In this document: positions 52,443 through 62,569 of the stretch, piece by piece
How positions within the stretch are numbered: the first letter of the stretch is position 1
Layout of the letters: the number at the start of each line of letters is the position of its first letter
NCBI GenBank assembly: GCA_031409335.1
Contig: JANNWY010000170.1
Location: 96,001 to 160,000, forward strand
Direction of reading: 5' to 3'
Source: Chthoniobacteraceae bacterium
GTDB lineage: Bacteria > Verrucomicrobiota > Verrucomicrobiia > Chthoniobacterales > Chthoniobacteraceae
Length of the DNA: 64,000 nucleotides
Notes under the pieces: model-generated
What the model saw: only the letters and a program-made list of their open reading frames with translations
The model's database searches: none
What the model was told of the DNA's origin: nothing
Made by a program: the position numbers and the translations under genes

Positions 52443-54545
52443 ATGTCAGACTCAACGAACAACTCGAACGCGCAAGGCGACTCATCGCAGTCGGTTTTGT
52501 CGAAGATCCAACGCTATTCTTGGACGTTCAGGAAATGGTGGTGGGTGATCCTTATCACAACGGGTTTGGGAATCGCCTGGGCAGCATGGTCCAACTCGAA
52601 AAAGCCGCCAGCTTACCTTTCCCATGCTCGGATGATGGTCAGCGGCCGAATCGCGCTCCCCGAAGGTGCAACCCTCAACGAAAGCGGCGCGAACTTTTAC
52701 GGGGACCAAATGAGGCTTATGGAAAGCTCAAAAGTGCGTCAACGCGCGGCAACCTTGGTGGAGAATAAATTCCAAGAGTTGCGTGCAAGCCCTGTATTCT
52801 TGACTGTTTCACTCGAGAAAGGAACCTCGTTTTTTAACCTCTCGGCCTTCGGTGAAGAACCAAACTATACGGAGGCTTTCTTGAATGCTTCAATGGAGGC
52901 ATATATCAAGTTCAAGCGAGAAATGTGGGATGATCTCATCGCTAAGAAACAAATAGCGCTGGTCGAAGCTGAATTAAAGGAAGTAAAGGAACTGGACTCC
53001 GGATTCGCACAAATTATTGAATTCAAGAAACGCCATAGCGTTGCAGCACTTGAAGAAGAGGGCAATAGCGCCGCTAAGCGCCTCGCCCAGTTAAATGCAA
53101 GATTGGCGCAGAAAAAGGAGGATTATGATCTTCTTAAAGTCTTGGATGTTGAACAGAATATCGAGCGGAAGCAGCAAAGCCAGAATGGAGGCGACCCGAA
53201 CGATCCCAACTCCGAGGCGATCCCCGCACCATCTGGAGCCGAGATGGAATACTTGAAGGCCAAACAGACTGTCGAAGAACTCAAAGCGGAGAAAATGCGA
53301 AGGAGTAAAGTAATGCGCCCAAAACATCCTTTGATGGTTCGAATCGCGGCTGAAATATCGAACCAAGAAAGCTTAATCCAGCTTTACTACGATCAGAGTC
53401 TTGTGATGCTTGCGAGCAAGCGGGAATCGATTCGATTGGAGATATTGAATCTGGAAAAAGCGGTTAAAGAACAAAGTGAGAAAACGTTAGAATCTGAGGG
53501 CCGTTTGGCTGAATTCGAAAAGATTCGGACGAAAGTGGAACAGTCGAGATCACAGCAAAAGAGTCTCAATCTCAGCACCGAGAAAGTTGCGTTGGACGCA
53601 CGACTTCAAGACGATGTGGTCAACATAATGGATCAAGCCTCTACGCCAGAGCTCACAAAAGCGGGTTTGATAAAGGATCTTTGCATTGGGGCGCTCTGCG
53701 GAGGAATGATTGGACTCGTGGTGGTCCTTATCATTGGGACATTGGACGATCGGGTAACGTCATCCATCGAACTGCGGGAACGATTTCCCGAAGTATTGCT
53801 CGGCCATATCCCGCTTGAGGTATCGACGGATGCTGGAAGGGTAAGCATGCTTACCGTCAACAACAAACAGGGCATCTTTGTTGAGGCCTATCGGAATCTC
53901 CGTTCAACGCTGCATTTTATGTCGCTTGAAGAACCGAGACCCAAGGCATTTCTAGTCACGAGCGCTGTCCCTGGAGAAGGAAAATCGACAGTGGCAGTAA
54001 ATCTTGGAATTATACTTGCCAGTGGCGGCTCCAGGACACTGTTGATTGACGCTGACTTAAGAAAGGGTCTCTTACATACCTACTTCAAAGTTGAATCGTC
54101 ACCTGGATTAATTGAAGTATTGGATGGGTCCGTAAAGTGGCAGGATGCGTTGGTGGCGACCGATATAAAACATTTAACGCTCCTACCGCGCGGCAAGAGC
54201 AGCGTTGGACCAAGTGAATTTTTCATGTCCGAGGCATCTGACCAATTCCTGAGAGAGGTTTATGCGGCGGGTTATGACCGTATCATCTTGGACAGTGCTC
54301 CAATCCTCGCCACAGATGATACGGCGTGCCTCGCTCCAAAGATCGACGCAACATTGTTTGTAGTTCGAGCTGAGGCAAGCTCAATGCGACTGACCCGCAC
54401 TGCGCTGGACGCCCTTCACAAGCGACAGGTCAATGTTCTCGGACTGATTCTAAACGCGGCCAGCCTTCGCTCATCGGAGTATCAATACTACCATAAGTAC
54501 GGGGACTACTATTCCGACACCGCTCAAGCTGCTTCTACAACGTGA
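52443..54545 (+). CDS. Wzc-like polysaccharide co-polymerase / BY-kinase
   Basis: Two TM helices flanking a coiled coil; EAYRNLR, Walker A GEGKST, LIDADLR, ILDSAP; C-terminal Tyr cluster YQYYHKYGDYY. Confidence 0.93.
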   Translation: MSDSTNNSNAQGDSSQSVLSKIQRYSWTFRKWWWVILITTGLGIAWAAWSNSKKPPAYLSHARMMVSGRIALPEGATLNESGANFYGDQMRLMESSKVRQRAATLVENKFQELRASPVFLTVSLEKGTSFFNLSAFGEEPNYTEAFLNASMEAYIKFKREMWDDLIAKKQIALVEAELKEVKELDSGFAQIIEFKKRHSVAALEEEGNSAAKRLAQLNARLAQKKEDYDLLKVLDVEQNIERKQQSQNGGDPNDPNSEAIPAPSGAEMEYLKAKQTVEELKAEKMRRSKVMRPKHPLMVRIAAEISNQESLIQLYYDQSLVMLASKRESIRLEILNLEKAVKEQSEKTLESEGRLAEFEKIRTKVEQSRSQQKSLNLSTEKVALDARLQDDVVNIMDQASTPELTKAGLIKDLCIGALCGGMIGLVVVLIIGTLDDRVTSSIELRERFPEVLLGHIPLEVSTDAGRVSMLTVNNKQGIFVEAYRNLRSTLHFMSLEEPRPKAFLVTSAVPGEGKSTVAVNLGIILASGGSRTLLIDADLRKGLLHTYFKVESSPGLIEVLDGSVKWQDALVATDIKHLTLLPRGKSSVGPSEFFMSEASDQFLREVYAAGYDRIILDSAPILATDDTACLAPKIDATLFVVRAEASSMRLTRTALDALHKRQVNVLGLILNAASLRSSEYQYYHKYGDYYSDTAQAASTT

Positions 54546-54711
54546 AGACAACCTTTGGTTGTTCGCTGTGAAGTTGCGAAAATCAATTTGAGGTCGCTGT
54601 CCGGAAATGTTTTTAACCGCTCGCAGATGAGGCACCGAAACCATATTTATCCGGTAGCAGGATTTTTGTTCCGAGAGTGGGAAATCAGGCGATAGAAAAA
54701 ACAATCTCAAT

Positions 54712-55569
54712 GTGCATTACGAGGTAGTCATTCGCCCAAACAACAGTTGGCTGACTACTGACTGGCGTGATCTCTTAGCCTACCGCGATCTACTCTGGCA
54801 GTTTGTTCGGCGCGACTATACCGCACGCTTCAAACAAACGATTCTCGGACCACTTTGGTTCATCCTGAACCCATTGATCACAACGGTTGTTTTTGCTGTG
54901 ATCTTCGGACGTGTGATGGAGTCAACGCCACCAGGAATTCCGGCTTTAATCTTTTTCAATAGCGGTCTTATTGCTTGGAATTACTTCTCCGCCCTCCTTG
55001 CTTCCACAGGGAATACACTTCAGGGAAATGTTCATCTGTTCAGCAAAGTCTATTTTCCGCGACTGATCGTACCCATAGCGCAAGTCGTTTCCAATCTGAT
55101 TGGATTGGCGGTGCAGATGCTTACCTTTGGATGCCTCGTTCTGTATGTGTGGCTAACCGACCCGGCATTTAAGAATCTTCAGTTTGGCTGGACCATCCTT
55201 TTACTTCCTCTATTGCTGCTTCATGTCGCTCTCCTTGCGCTTGGTGCTGGGCTTTTCCTTTCAGCCATTACCGCCAAGTATCGAGACCTCCAGAATCTAC
55301 TCGGATTTTTTATTAACTCAATGATGTTCGTCACGCCAGTAATGTGGCCGCTTTCTACTCTTGAGGCGAAGTTTCCAGAAAGCTATGAACTGTTTATGAT
55401 TCTTAATCCCATGATCAGCATCGTCGAAGGATTTCGCCTGGCGTTGATTGGGGCTGGATCGTTCTCTGCGACTTACTACACCTTGTCAGTTGTTTCGAGT
55501 ATTGTGTTACTGTTTTGTGGCCTTGTGCTATTCGAACGTGCGGCCCGCTCCTTTGTAGATCAGGCATAG
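54712..55569 (+). CDS. ABC-2 glycan exporter permease (Wzm)
   Basis: YRDLL...V.RD...RFKQT.LG..W, KVYFPR, KYRD, TPV..P, LNPM...EGFR. Confidence 0.93.
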   Translation: MHYEVVIRPNNSWLTTDWRDLLAYRDLLWQFVRRDYTARFKQTILGPLWFILNPLITTVVFAVIFGRVMESTPPGIPALIFFNSGLIAWNYFSALLASTGNTLQGNVHLFSKVYFPRLIVPIAQVVSNLIGLAVQMLTFGCLVLYVWLTDPAFKNLQFGWTILLLPLLLLHVALLALGAGLFLSAITAKYRDLQNLLGFFINSMMFVTPVMWPLSTLEAKFPESYELFMILNPMISIVEGFRLALIGAGSFSATYYTLSVVSSIVLLFCGLVLFERAARSFVDQA

Positions 55570-55572
55570 TCT

Positions 55573-56835
55573 ATGAGCGAGCCTATGATCTCTGTCCGCG
55601 GAGTGTCGAAGCGATACCGCCTCGGAACGGTTGGCATGACCAGTTTGCGGGACGATTTACAACGGCTTTGGCGCTCTCCCACTTCGGATCCGTCGAACCA
55701 CGGTGATTTCTGGGCGCTGAAGGATGTTTCATTTGACGTTGAGCCTGGCGAAATTGTGGGGCTTATTGGAAGGAACGGTGCTGGAAAAAGCACACTCCTG
55801 AAAGTCCTCTCGCGCATTACTGAGCCGTCTGCTGGCGAGATACGTCTGCGTGGCCGAATCGGTTCACTTCTCGAAGTTGGCGCTGGATTTCATCCAGAGC
55901 TCTCGGGGCGCGACAATATCTACCTAAACGGTGCGATCCTGGGTATGAGCCGAGCCGAAATCACGCGCAAATTCGACGAAATCGTCGCGTTTGCTGAAAT
56001 AGAGAAATTCATCGACACACCGGTCAAGCGATACTCCAGCGGGATGTATGTCCGTTTGGCGTTCGCCGTCGCCGCGCATTTGGAGCCTGAGATTTTGATA
56101 ATCGACGAAGTTCTGGCCGTGGGCGATCAGCAGTTTCAAAAGAAGTGTCTTGGCAAGATGCAGGACGTTTCGCGCCGGGAAGGACGGACCGTGCTGGTCG
56201 TCAGCCACACGATGCCGGTGATCCTGCAATTGGCGCACCGCTGCGTGGTTCTTGAGCAGGGTGAAGTGCGCTTTACCGGAGCTCCGGCCAAGGCGGTCGA
56301 GATTTACCTGAACGAAACCGGAGCGGGAACCAGCGTCCACTTTGACGTGGAGAATACGCAGCGCAAGTTCATGGGAACGCTCGACGCAAAAATCATTCAT
56401 CTGCGCTTTCCGCGGACTCTTCCCATATTCGAGGCTCACGAGGATCTCAGATTCGTTGCGAAAATTCGCGCGCGGGATCGGATTGAGAATGCCAGGGTGA
56501 GCATGGTAGTGTTTGCCAGTGAAGGAACCCCGGTCGGAGCCTGCTTCAGCGATGGAGTCTTGCAACTCGGACCGGGTGAGGAAGCTGAACTTGAGGTAAC
56601 TCTCTCGGATCCCGGCCTCGCTCCAGGCGCATACTACTGCGGCGTGGCGATCGGAAAGGGTTCTTATAAAACGGGACACATTGATTTCGATGTGGTTCTT
56701 GAAACGCTGCATTTCGAGGTCTGTGCCGCGCCGGGTGAGGACACGGCGGTTTCACATTGGTGCCATCAGTGGGGACGCATCGTTTTCAAAGACCTGGCGG
56801 TTCGGCAGTCGAGCGCGGAACTGGCCGGCGTCTGA
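55573..56835 (+). CDS. ABC glycan exporter ATPase (Wzt) with C-terminal carbohydrate-binding domain
   Basis: GRNGAGKSTLLK, YSSGM.VRLAF, IDEVLAVGD..FQ.KC, plus a C-terminal extension of about 170 aa. Confidence 0.94.
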   Translation: MSEPMISVRGVSKRYRLGTVGMTSLRDDLQRLWRSPTSDPSNHGDFWALKDVSFDVEPGEIVGLIGRNGAGKSTLLKVLSRITEPSAGEIRLRGRIGSLLEVGAGFHPELSGRDNIYLNGAILGMSRAEITRKFDEIVAFAEIEKFIDTPVKRYSSGMYVRLAFAVAAHLEPEILIIDEVLAVGDQQFQKKCLGKMQDVSRREGRTVLVVSHTMPVILQLAHRCVVLEQGEVRFTGAPAKAVEIYLNETGAGTSVHFDVENTQRKFMGTLDAKIIHLRFPRTLPIFEAHEDLRFVAKIRARDRIENARVSMVVFASEGTPVGACFSDGVLQLGPGEEAELEVTLSDPGLAPGAYYCGVAIGKGSYKTGHIDFDVVLETLHFEVCAAPGEDTAVSHWCHQWGRIVFKDLAVRQSSAELAGV

Positions 56836-56838
56836 GCG

Positions 56839-57582
56839 ATGAGCTGCGACTACTCCATCCACTACCAGCGATTCCACGACGACAGTGAGACCCATGCGAT
56901 GGAGATGGCGGAATGGCTGGGCATCTATCTCAAAGCAGATTTGCCCGAAGATCGCTCCCAGCCGGCTCTCGATGTCGGTTGTGGCTTCGGTTTCGCACTG
57001 CGGGCGCTGCGGGCTTCGGGATTTTCCGATGTGCGGGGAATCGAAATCTCCGAGCACCAGGCCGAGATTTCCCGCCGGGGCGGCTTTGAAGTGCCGGTCG
57101 TATCGGATACTGTCGCATATCTGCAGGAACATCGGGCACGCTTCGGCCTCATCCTGCTGCTCGACGTGCTCGAACACGTCCCAGTATGTGCACAGATCCA
57201 TCTGGCGCGCGCGATTCGGGAAGCCCTCCGGCCCGGCGGACGCCTCATCGTGACTGTCCCGAACGCAAACTCACCCCTCGCCGCGCGGTGGCGTTACATT
57301 GATTTCACCCACTGCTGCAGTTTCACCGAGCACTCACTGTTCTTCGTTCTAAGCAATGCCGGTTTTGGCAACATCAAGATGGATAACAGCCAGGGAATTG
57401 GCGCGTTTCCAAAACGCTGGTGGCTGCGGGAACAGCGCGACGCTCTGCGCAGGTGGCTGGTACGTTTCGCATGGCTGCAGGTGTTCAAATCGGAACTGCA
57501 TCCAAGCGAGAAACTCAGCGATATTTGCTTTGAGTTGAATCTGAAGGCTGTTGCCTTCAATGAGTCCGCCGTGTCGTCCTAG
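56839..57582 (+). CDS. Class I SAM-dependent methyltransferase
   Basis: LDVGCGFG, GIEIS, DVLEHV, LRPGG.L...VPN. Confidence 0.88.
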   Translation: MSCDYSIHYQRFHDDSETHAMEMAEWLGIYLKADLPEDRSQPALDVGCGFGFALRALRASGFSDVRGIEISEHQAEISRRGGFEVPVVSDTVAYLQEHRARFGLILLLDVLEHVPVCAQIHLARAIREALRPGGRLIVTVPNANSPLAARWRYIDFTHCCSFTEHSLFFVLSNAGFGNIKMDNSQGIGAFPKRWWLREQRDALRRWLVRFAWLQVFKSELHPSEKLSDICFELNLKAVAFNESAVSS

Positions 57583-57601
57583 CCAATCGACGGCCGCATT
57601 T

Positions 57602-58372
57602 ATGAGGAACACGATCAGGCAGATAATGCTTCCTTTGCGGAAGGCGGCGAAACGCTTCGTGAATCCAGTTGCGGAAGTTGCCGCCCCAAACTATATCGCC
57701 TCCCAAGATTCCATTATTTACAAAGCGGCGAGCTTTGCCGCTGTGAACAAGGTGGAAGGCGATTACCTCGAATTTGGCGTATTCAGGGGGGCTTCTTACA
57801 TTTCCGCGTATTACACCCTACGTCATTGCTTTGATGAAGTGATCAGCAGCTTCGGCTTCACCATGTCGGAGGCAGACAGAAAGCTGACCGCTTCCATTTT
57901 CGAGAAGATGCGTTTTTTCGCCTTCGATTCTTTTGAAGGTCTGCCCGCTGTCTCGGATGGCGACACGTCCGGCTTTTTTGAGAAAGGCCAGTTCAGCGCG
58001 AGCTACGATGAATTCCACCGGAATCTAAACGCCGTCGCATTTCCGCAAAAGCGAAGCGTGGTAGTCAGCGGATGGTATGACAAGACTCTGACTCGCGCAG
58101 TGTATGACGAGCATCGCCTTGCCAAAGCGGCGATCGTTCATATTGATTGCGACCTCTACGAATCGACCCGGTCTGTTCTCGAGTTTATTGCCCCGTTGCT
58201 GGTTGACGGCACCATTCTGATTTTCGACGACTGGTTCCACTTTCATGGCCACCCTCAACGGGGAGAACAAAAAGCGTTCAACGAGTGGGCTGCGAAACTC
58301 ACAGGCTGGTCTTTCTGCGACTATCAGCAGGAGGGAACCTGGCGGAAAAGCTTTATTGCGAACAAGCACTAA
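57602..58372 (+). CDS. TylF/MycF/NovP family O-methyltransferase
   Basis: GDYLEFGV.RG, FDSFEGLP, GWY..TL, HIDCDLYES, FDDW, GE..AF.E. Confidence 0.9.
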   Translation: MRNTIRQIMLPLRKAAKRFVNPVAEVAAPNYIASQDSIIYKAASFAAVNKVEGDYLEFGVFRGASYISAYYTLRHCFDEVISSFGFTMSEADRKLTASIFEKMRFFAFDSFEGLPAVSDGDTSGFFEKGQFSASYDEFHRNLNAVAFPQKRSVVVSGWYDKTLTRAVYDEHRLAKAAIVHIDCDLYESTRSVLEFIAPLLVDGTILIFDDWFHFHGHPQRGEQKAFNEWAAKLTGWSFCDYQQEGTWRKSFIANKH

Positions 58373-58401
58373 CTTTCCCTGTCCAGTCTGAGCTTTACCG
58401 G

Positions 58402-59628
58402 TTGAATAGCAGGCCATCAGTTGCGCTCGTCAGCCGTTCCAACGCCAGCGGCGGAGGGGCGAGCCGGATTGCCGAGGAATTGGGAGAATGGCTGCTAGCT
58501 GCCGGGTCGCACGCCGTCCACTACTGCGCATCGCCAGTCGGGCCGCTGAAATCCTTCCAAGCCCAGCTCTTTCCTTCCGGCCTCGCAGGCAAACTCTCGC
58601 GCGCCACGCACCGCCTCACGCGTCGCTTCGGTCTGAACGAGCTTATTCCATCGGAGTTCTACGGGACGCTGTCAGGAGTGTTGGGAGAATTCGATGTTGT
58701 CCATTTTCACGATTTGAACGCCGCGATATCGCCCCTGACGCTTAAACTGTCTTCCCGAAAAAAGCGGGTGGTCTTCACTGCACATGACTGCTCCTGCTTT
58801 ACAGGCGGCTGCATTTATCCGCTTCAATGCGAGAGCTATTTGAAAAGCTGCGGAAATTGTCCGCAACTGCCAGCGTTGGGAGCACGCTTCGATCTCACCG
58901 CGGTCAATCTTCGGATTAACCGCTGGCTGGCCCGGCAGGAATCAATCCAATACGTTTTTCCATCGAAGTGGTTGCGGGAAAAGGCGTCGCGCAGCCTCCA
59001 ATTCTCCCGGAATGCCGAGGTCATTCCCAATGGCTTTTGGTACGCAGGCTATGATTTTCGGTCAAAAGCAGTTGCGCGCCGGGAACTCGGAATCCGCGAT
59101 GAGCGCAAGGTTATCCTGGTGGCGGCACACTACCTTGCTGACCCGAGAAAAGGAGTGGCTTTTGCCCTGGCTGCGATTCAGGCGGTGAAAGATTTGGAGC
59201 CACTCGTGATCTTTGTCGGAAACCCGCCCAGCGATCTCGAAGTCAGGATGCCAGGGATATGCTTTTGGCTTGCTGGATTCGTCAGTGACAAACGGAAGCT
59301 GGGATCGATCTATTCGGCTTCGGATGTCTTTTTGTTTCCTTCATTGGAAGACAATCTGCCGATCATGGTGCAGGAAGCTATGGCGGCGGGAACTCCGGTT
59401 GTCGGGTTTGCCGTAGGTGGCGTTCCTGAAATGGTGGAGGATCGCCGCACGGGATGGCTGTGCGCACCCGCCGATCAATCCGCACTCAATCAGAACCTGC
59501 GGGAAGCTCTCACCAGCGAGGATCTCCCGGGATTTGGAGTATCTGCCCAAGCCGATGTGCGTGAACGTTTCAGTGTCGATGACTTCGGCAGGAAGCATCT
59601 GGAACTTTACGAGGAGATGGGAAAGTGA
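58402..59628 (+). CDS. GT4 family glycosyltransferase (WcaC-like)
   Basis: GGA, HD...FTGGC.YP..C......CG.CP, PSKW, RKG, EDNLP...QEAM..GTPV...VGG..E. Start uncertain. Confidence 0.88.
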   Translation: MNSRPSVALVSRSNASGGGASRIAEELGEWLLAAGSHAVHYCASPVGPLKSFQAQLFPSGLAGKLSRATHRLTRRFGLNELIPSEFYGTLSGVLGEFDVVHFHDLNAAISPLTLKLSSRKKRVVFTAHDCSCFTGGCIYPLQCESYLKSCGNCPQLPALGARFDLTAVNLRINRWLARQESIQYVFPSKWLREKASRSLQFSRNAEVIPNGFWYAGYDFRSKAVARRELGIRDERKVILVAAHYLADPRKGVAFALAAIQAVKDLEPLVIFVGNPPSDLEVRMPGICFWLAGFVSDKRKLGSIYSASDVFLFPSLEDNLPIMVQEAMAAGTPVVGFAVGGVPEMVEDRRTGWLCAPADQSALNQNLREALTSEDLPGFGVSAQADVRERFSVDDFGRKHLELYEEMGK

Positions 59629-61643
59629 AGTCCGCAGCATCGTTTGACGTATTCGACACTCTTTTGACGCGCAGGGTCGCGACCCCGACGAGTCTGTTCA
59701 TCATCCTTGGCGACCGTGCGATGCGGGCCGGATTGATCGAAGGCACGGCGTCACACTTCCGCGACCAGCGGATCAAGGCCGAGGAAGAAGCCCGGATGTC
59801 CAGTCCCGGGAGGGAAGTCACACTGGAGGATATTTACGGTGCTTTGACATCGAAGCTCGGAATAGCCGCGGAGGTCGGCCGTGCTTTGGCGCAGTTGGAA
59901 ATGGACTTGGAAGCCGAGTCAATTACTCCGGTGCCCGCCGCGCATGAGATGGTGCGTGCGGCAAGGAGTCGGAATTCCGGGATAATCTTCATCTCGGATA
60001 TGTATCTTCCAGCACCATTCATCCGCGCCCGACTGGAAGAGCATGGCTTCTGGCAGGACGGTGACCGGCTGTATGTTTCGAGTGAATGGAAGGCTTCCAA
60101 AGCGGAAGGTTCGCTATTCCAGACGATTCTCGTACGCGAGCAATTGCGTCCGGCGGCGGTTCATCACACCGGAGACCGGCGCGATGCGGATTTCGATCAA
60201 CCTTTGAGATTCGGCATGAAGGCAAGCCACCTGGATGCCTGCCGTCTCACGCGCTACGAGGAAATGCTGGAGGAGTTCGCGGTGGAATCGGCTGGCTTTT
60301 CCTCGCTAGTCGCGGGAACGAGTCGCCTCGCGCGGTTGCAAAATCAGCCGGCGAACAAGCATGAAGCGACAATCTCCGAAATTGCCGGTTCGCTGATTTC
60401 GCCAGTCATCACATTCTACGCCCTGTGGCTTCTCCGGGAGGCCCGGAAGCGCGGGCTCCAAAGATTATACTTCGTCGCCCGCGACGGCTACCTCGTTAAG
60501 AAAGTGGCGGATGCCTTGATCCAGGCACTGGGTTTGAGTTTAGAGTCGCGCTACCTTTATGGCAGCCGCCAGGCCTGGCACCTTCCCGCAATCACCGATT
60601 TCTCGGCCGATTCCCTGTCATGGCTTTTCGAGAAGACCCGAACCCTGACCCTGCGCATCATCCTGGGCCGGTTGCAGACGGCTCCGGAGGACATGTCCGA
60701 AAATCTGACCTCGCTGGGCTGGCCTTCGTCGAAATGGGATCGACGCCTTGATGACGAATCGTTGAACCAATTGCGCGGAGATTTGCTGGGGAGCACTGCC
60801 TTTCGCGGATACGTCGAAAAGCTGGTCGAATCGAAGCGGGAGACGACCGTGCGCTATCTGGAACAGGAGGGATTGTTCGACCCAACGCCGTGGGCCATCG
60901 TCGATCTCGGCTGGCATGGCCGGCTGCAACAATCGCTGGAGAAGTTGCTGGCGACGAAACAACCCGTAAAGACGGTGGGACTATACTTTGGGTTGTATTC
61001 GGATTCGCCGGCAATCGCACAGTTACAGACGGCTTCCTATCTCGATTGGGATATGAGGAGTCCTCCTGAATCGAAAGACATTCCATCACTGGTTTTTCTC
61101 ATGGAAAGCTTCTGCACGGCACCGCACGGCTCCACTGTCGGATATCAACTGCAGGCCGATCGCAATGTCGTTCCCCAATGCCGGGAGCAAGGTTTTGCAC
61201 CACTCGAGAAATGGGGCATCGCTTCTGTCCATGCCACGGTCGAGGCTTTTGCGAAAAAGCTGGGAGAGCTTCGTCTGGACGACAAAATGATGGAGTGGGA
61301 TGCGAAACCCGCCTTGCTTCAGATTTTGGGAGCATTTTCCAAAAATCCCCCGGCCGCAGAGGCTCGCGCATGGGGTGCGTTTCCATACGAGGATGAGCAG
61401 GCTGGCAGCGTGCGGGAACGACTTACCAAGGGTTACGAACTTACTTGGGAGAACTTGCGAATAGCGCTGACGTTCGGCGATGAGCGATTGCTGCCGGCAT
61501 CGTGGAATGTGCTTTGGCATGGCGGGCAAACGCACATGCTTTCCGTGAACAATGTGCTGCTAAGAATGGCGCTCAGGCTGGGGTCGACCAAGCGGGCGAT
61601 GGGACAACTCGCACGGCGGTTTGTCAGCCTCCGAGTCTGTTGA
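59625..61643 (+). CDS. HAD phosphatase fused to a PRT-like domain; probable PRPP-dependent ribofuranosyltransferase
   Basis: N-terminal FDVFDTL, ISDMY, K, HTGD...D; C-terminal FVARDG, GSRQA, VDLGWHG.LQ, HGSTVGY. Confidence 0.75.
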   Translation: MKSAASFDVFDTLLTRRVATPTSLFIILGDRAMRAGLIEGTASHFRDQRIKAEEEARMSSPGREVTLEDIYGALTSKLGIAAEVGRALAQLEMDLEAESITPVPAAHEMVRAARSRNSGIIFISDMYLPAPFIRARLEEHGFWQDGDRLYVSSEWKASKAEGSLFQTILVREQLRPAAVHHTGDRRDADFDQPLRFGMKASHLDACRLTRYEEMLEEFAVESAGFSSLVAGTSRLARLQNQPANKHEATISEIAGSLISPVITFYALWLLREARKRGLQRLYFVARDGYLVKKVADALIQALGLSLESRYLYGSRQAWHLPAITDFSADSLSWLFEKTRTLTLRIILGRLQTAPEDMSENLTSLGWPSSKWDRRLDDESLNQLRGDLLGSTAFRGYVEKLVESKRETTVRYLEQEGLFDPTPWAIVDLGWHGRLQQSLEKLLATKQPVKTVGLYFGLYSDSPAIAQLQTASYLDWDMRSPPESKDIPSLVFLMESFCTAPHGSTVGYQLQADRNVVPQCREQGFAPLEKWGIASVHATVEAFAKKLGELRLDDKMMEWDAKPALLQILGAFSKNPPAAEARAWGAFPYEDEQAGSVRERLTKGYELTWENLRIALTFGDERLLPASWNVLWHGGQTHMLSVNNVLLRMALRLGSTKRAMGQLARRFVSLRVC

Positions 61644-62569
61644 AAACCCCGGTTGTCTTCATCGTTTTCAACAGACCGGAACTAACTCGCCGGTCGTTTC
61701 AGCGCATCCGGGAGTCGCGTCCATCGAAGCTGCTGGTAGCGTGCGATGGAGCCCGACTGGATCGTCCCGAGGAACAAGGCAAGGTGGATGAAGTACGCGC
61801 GATTATCGCCAACGGAGTGGACTGGCCTTGCGAACTGCTCACGAACTATTCGGATCAAAACATGGGCTGCCGAGAGCGGCCGAAATCGGGAATCGACTGG
61901 GCATTTTCACTGGTAGAGGAGGCCATTATTCTCGAAGACGATTGCCTGGCCGATTTGTCCTTTTTCGCGTTTTGCGAAGAAATGCTGGAACGGTTCCGGG
62001 ATGAGGATCGCGTGCTGCATATCAACGGAACAAACTATATCGCTCCCCACATTTGCCCCGCAACTTCCTACTTCTTCAGCAAGTATATTTGGGTGTGGGG
62101 TTGGGCGACGTGGCGCCGCGCCTGGCAGCACTATGATTACACGATGGCGACTTGGGATGACTGTAGCCCGGCATTGAAAGAGAGCTTTGACACAAGCCGG
62201 GAGGAAGCCTTCTGGATGTCAACATTCGAGAAGGCGCGGAGGGACTGGCACGCAGCGCAAGCCTGGGACTTTCCGTGGATTTACTCATGCTGGACCCGCG
62301 GCGGCCTGTCCGTGGTGCCATCGGTCAATCTCGTCGAAAACCTGGGCTTCGGACCGGATGCCACTCACACCATAGATCCATCATCGCACCACCTTCGCGT
62401 GGCCGCTGGAAATTTGCGCGTGCAACGGCATCCCGATCGCCTGCGGCGCAGCCGTCTGCGCGATGACATGATGTTTCGCGCATACGCCGGCGAGCGATTG
62501 AACTCGCTTGGGAATCTTTCAGGCGCCCTCCGCGTCCTGCAACGGCGGCTGGCTGGCGCGCGCGGATGA
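61640..62569 (+). CDS. GT-A fold glycosyltransferase (HlpA-like annotation class)
   Basis: FNRP, DG.R, NMGC, IILEDDC, WGWATWRRAW, WD..W, NLVEN.GFG..ATHT. TTG start overlaps the upstream stop. Confidence 0.85.
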   Translation: MKTPVVFIVFNRPELTRRSFQRIRESRPSKLLVACDGARLDRPEEQGKVDEVRAIIANGVDWPCELLTNYSDQNMGCRERPKSGIDWAFSLVEEAIILEDDCLADLSFFAFCEEMLERFRDEDRVLHINGTNYIAPHICPATSYFFSKYIWVWGWATWRRAWQHYDYTMATWDDCSPALKESFDTSREEAFWMSTFEKARRDWHAAQAWDFPWIYSCWTRGGLSVVPSVNLVENLGFGPDATHTIDPSSHHLRVAAGNLRVQRHPDRLRRSRLRDDMMFRAYAGERLNSLGNLSGALRVLQRRLAGARG

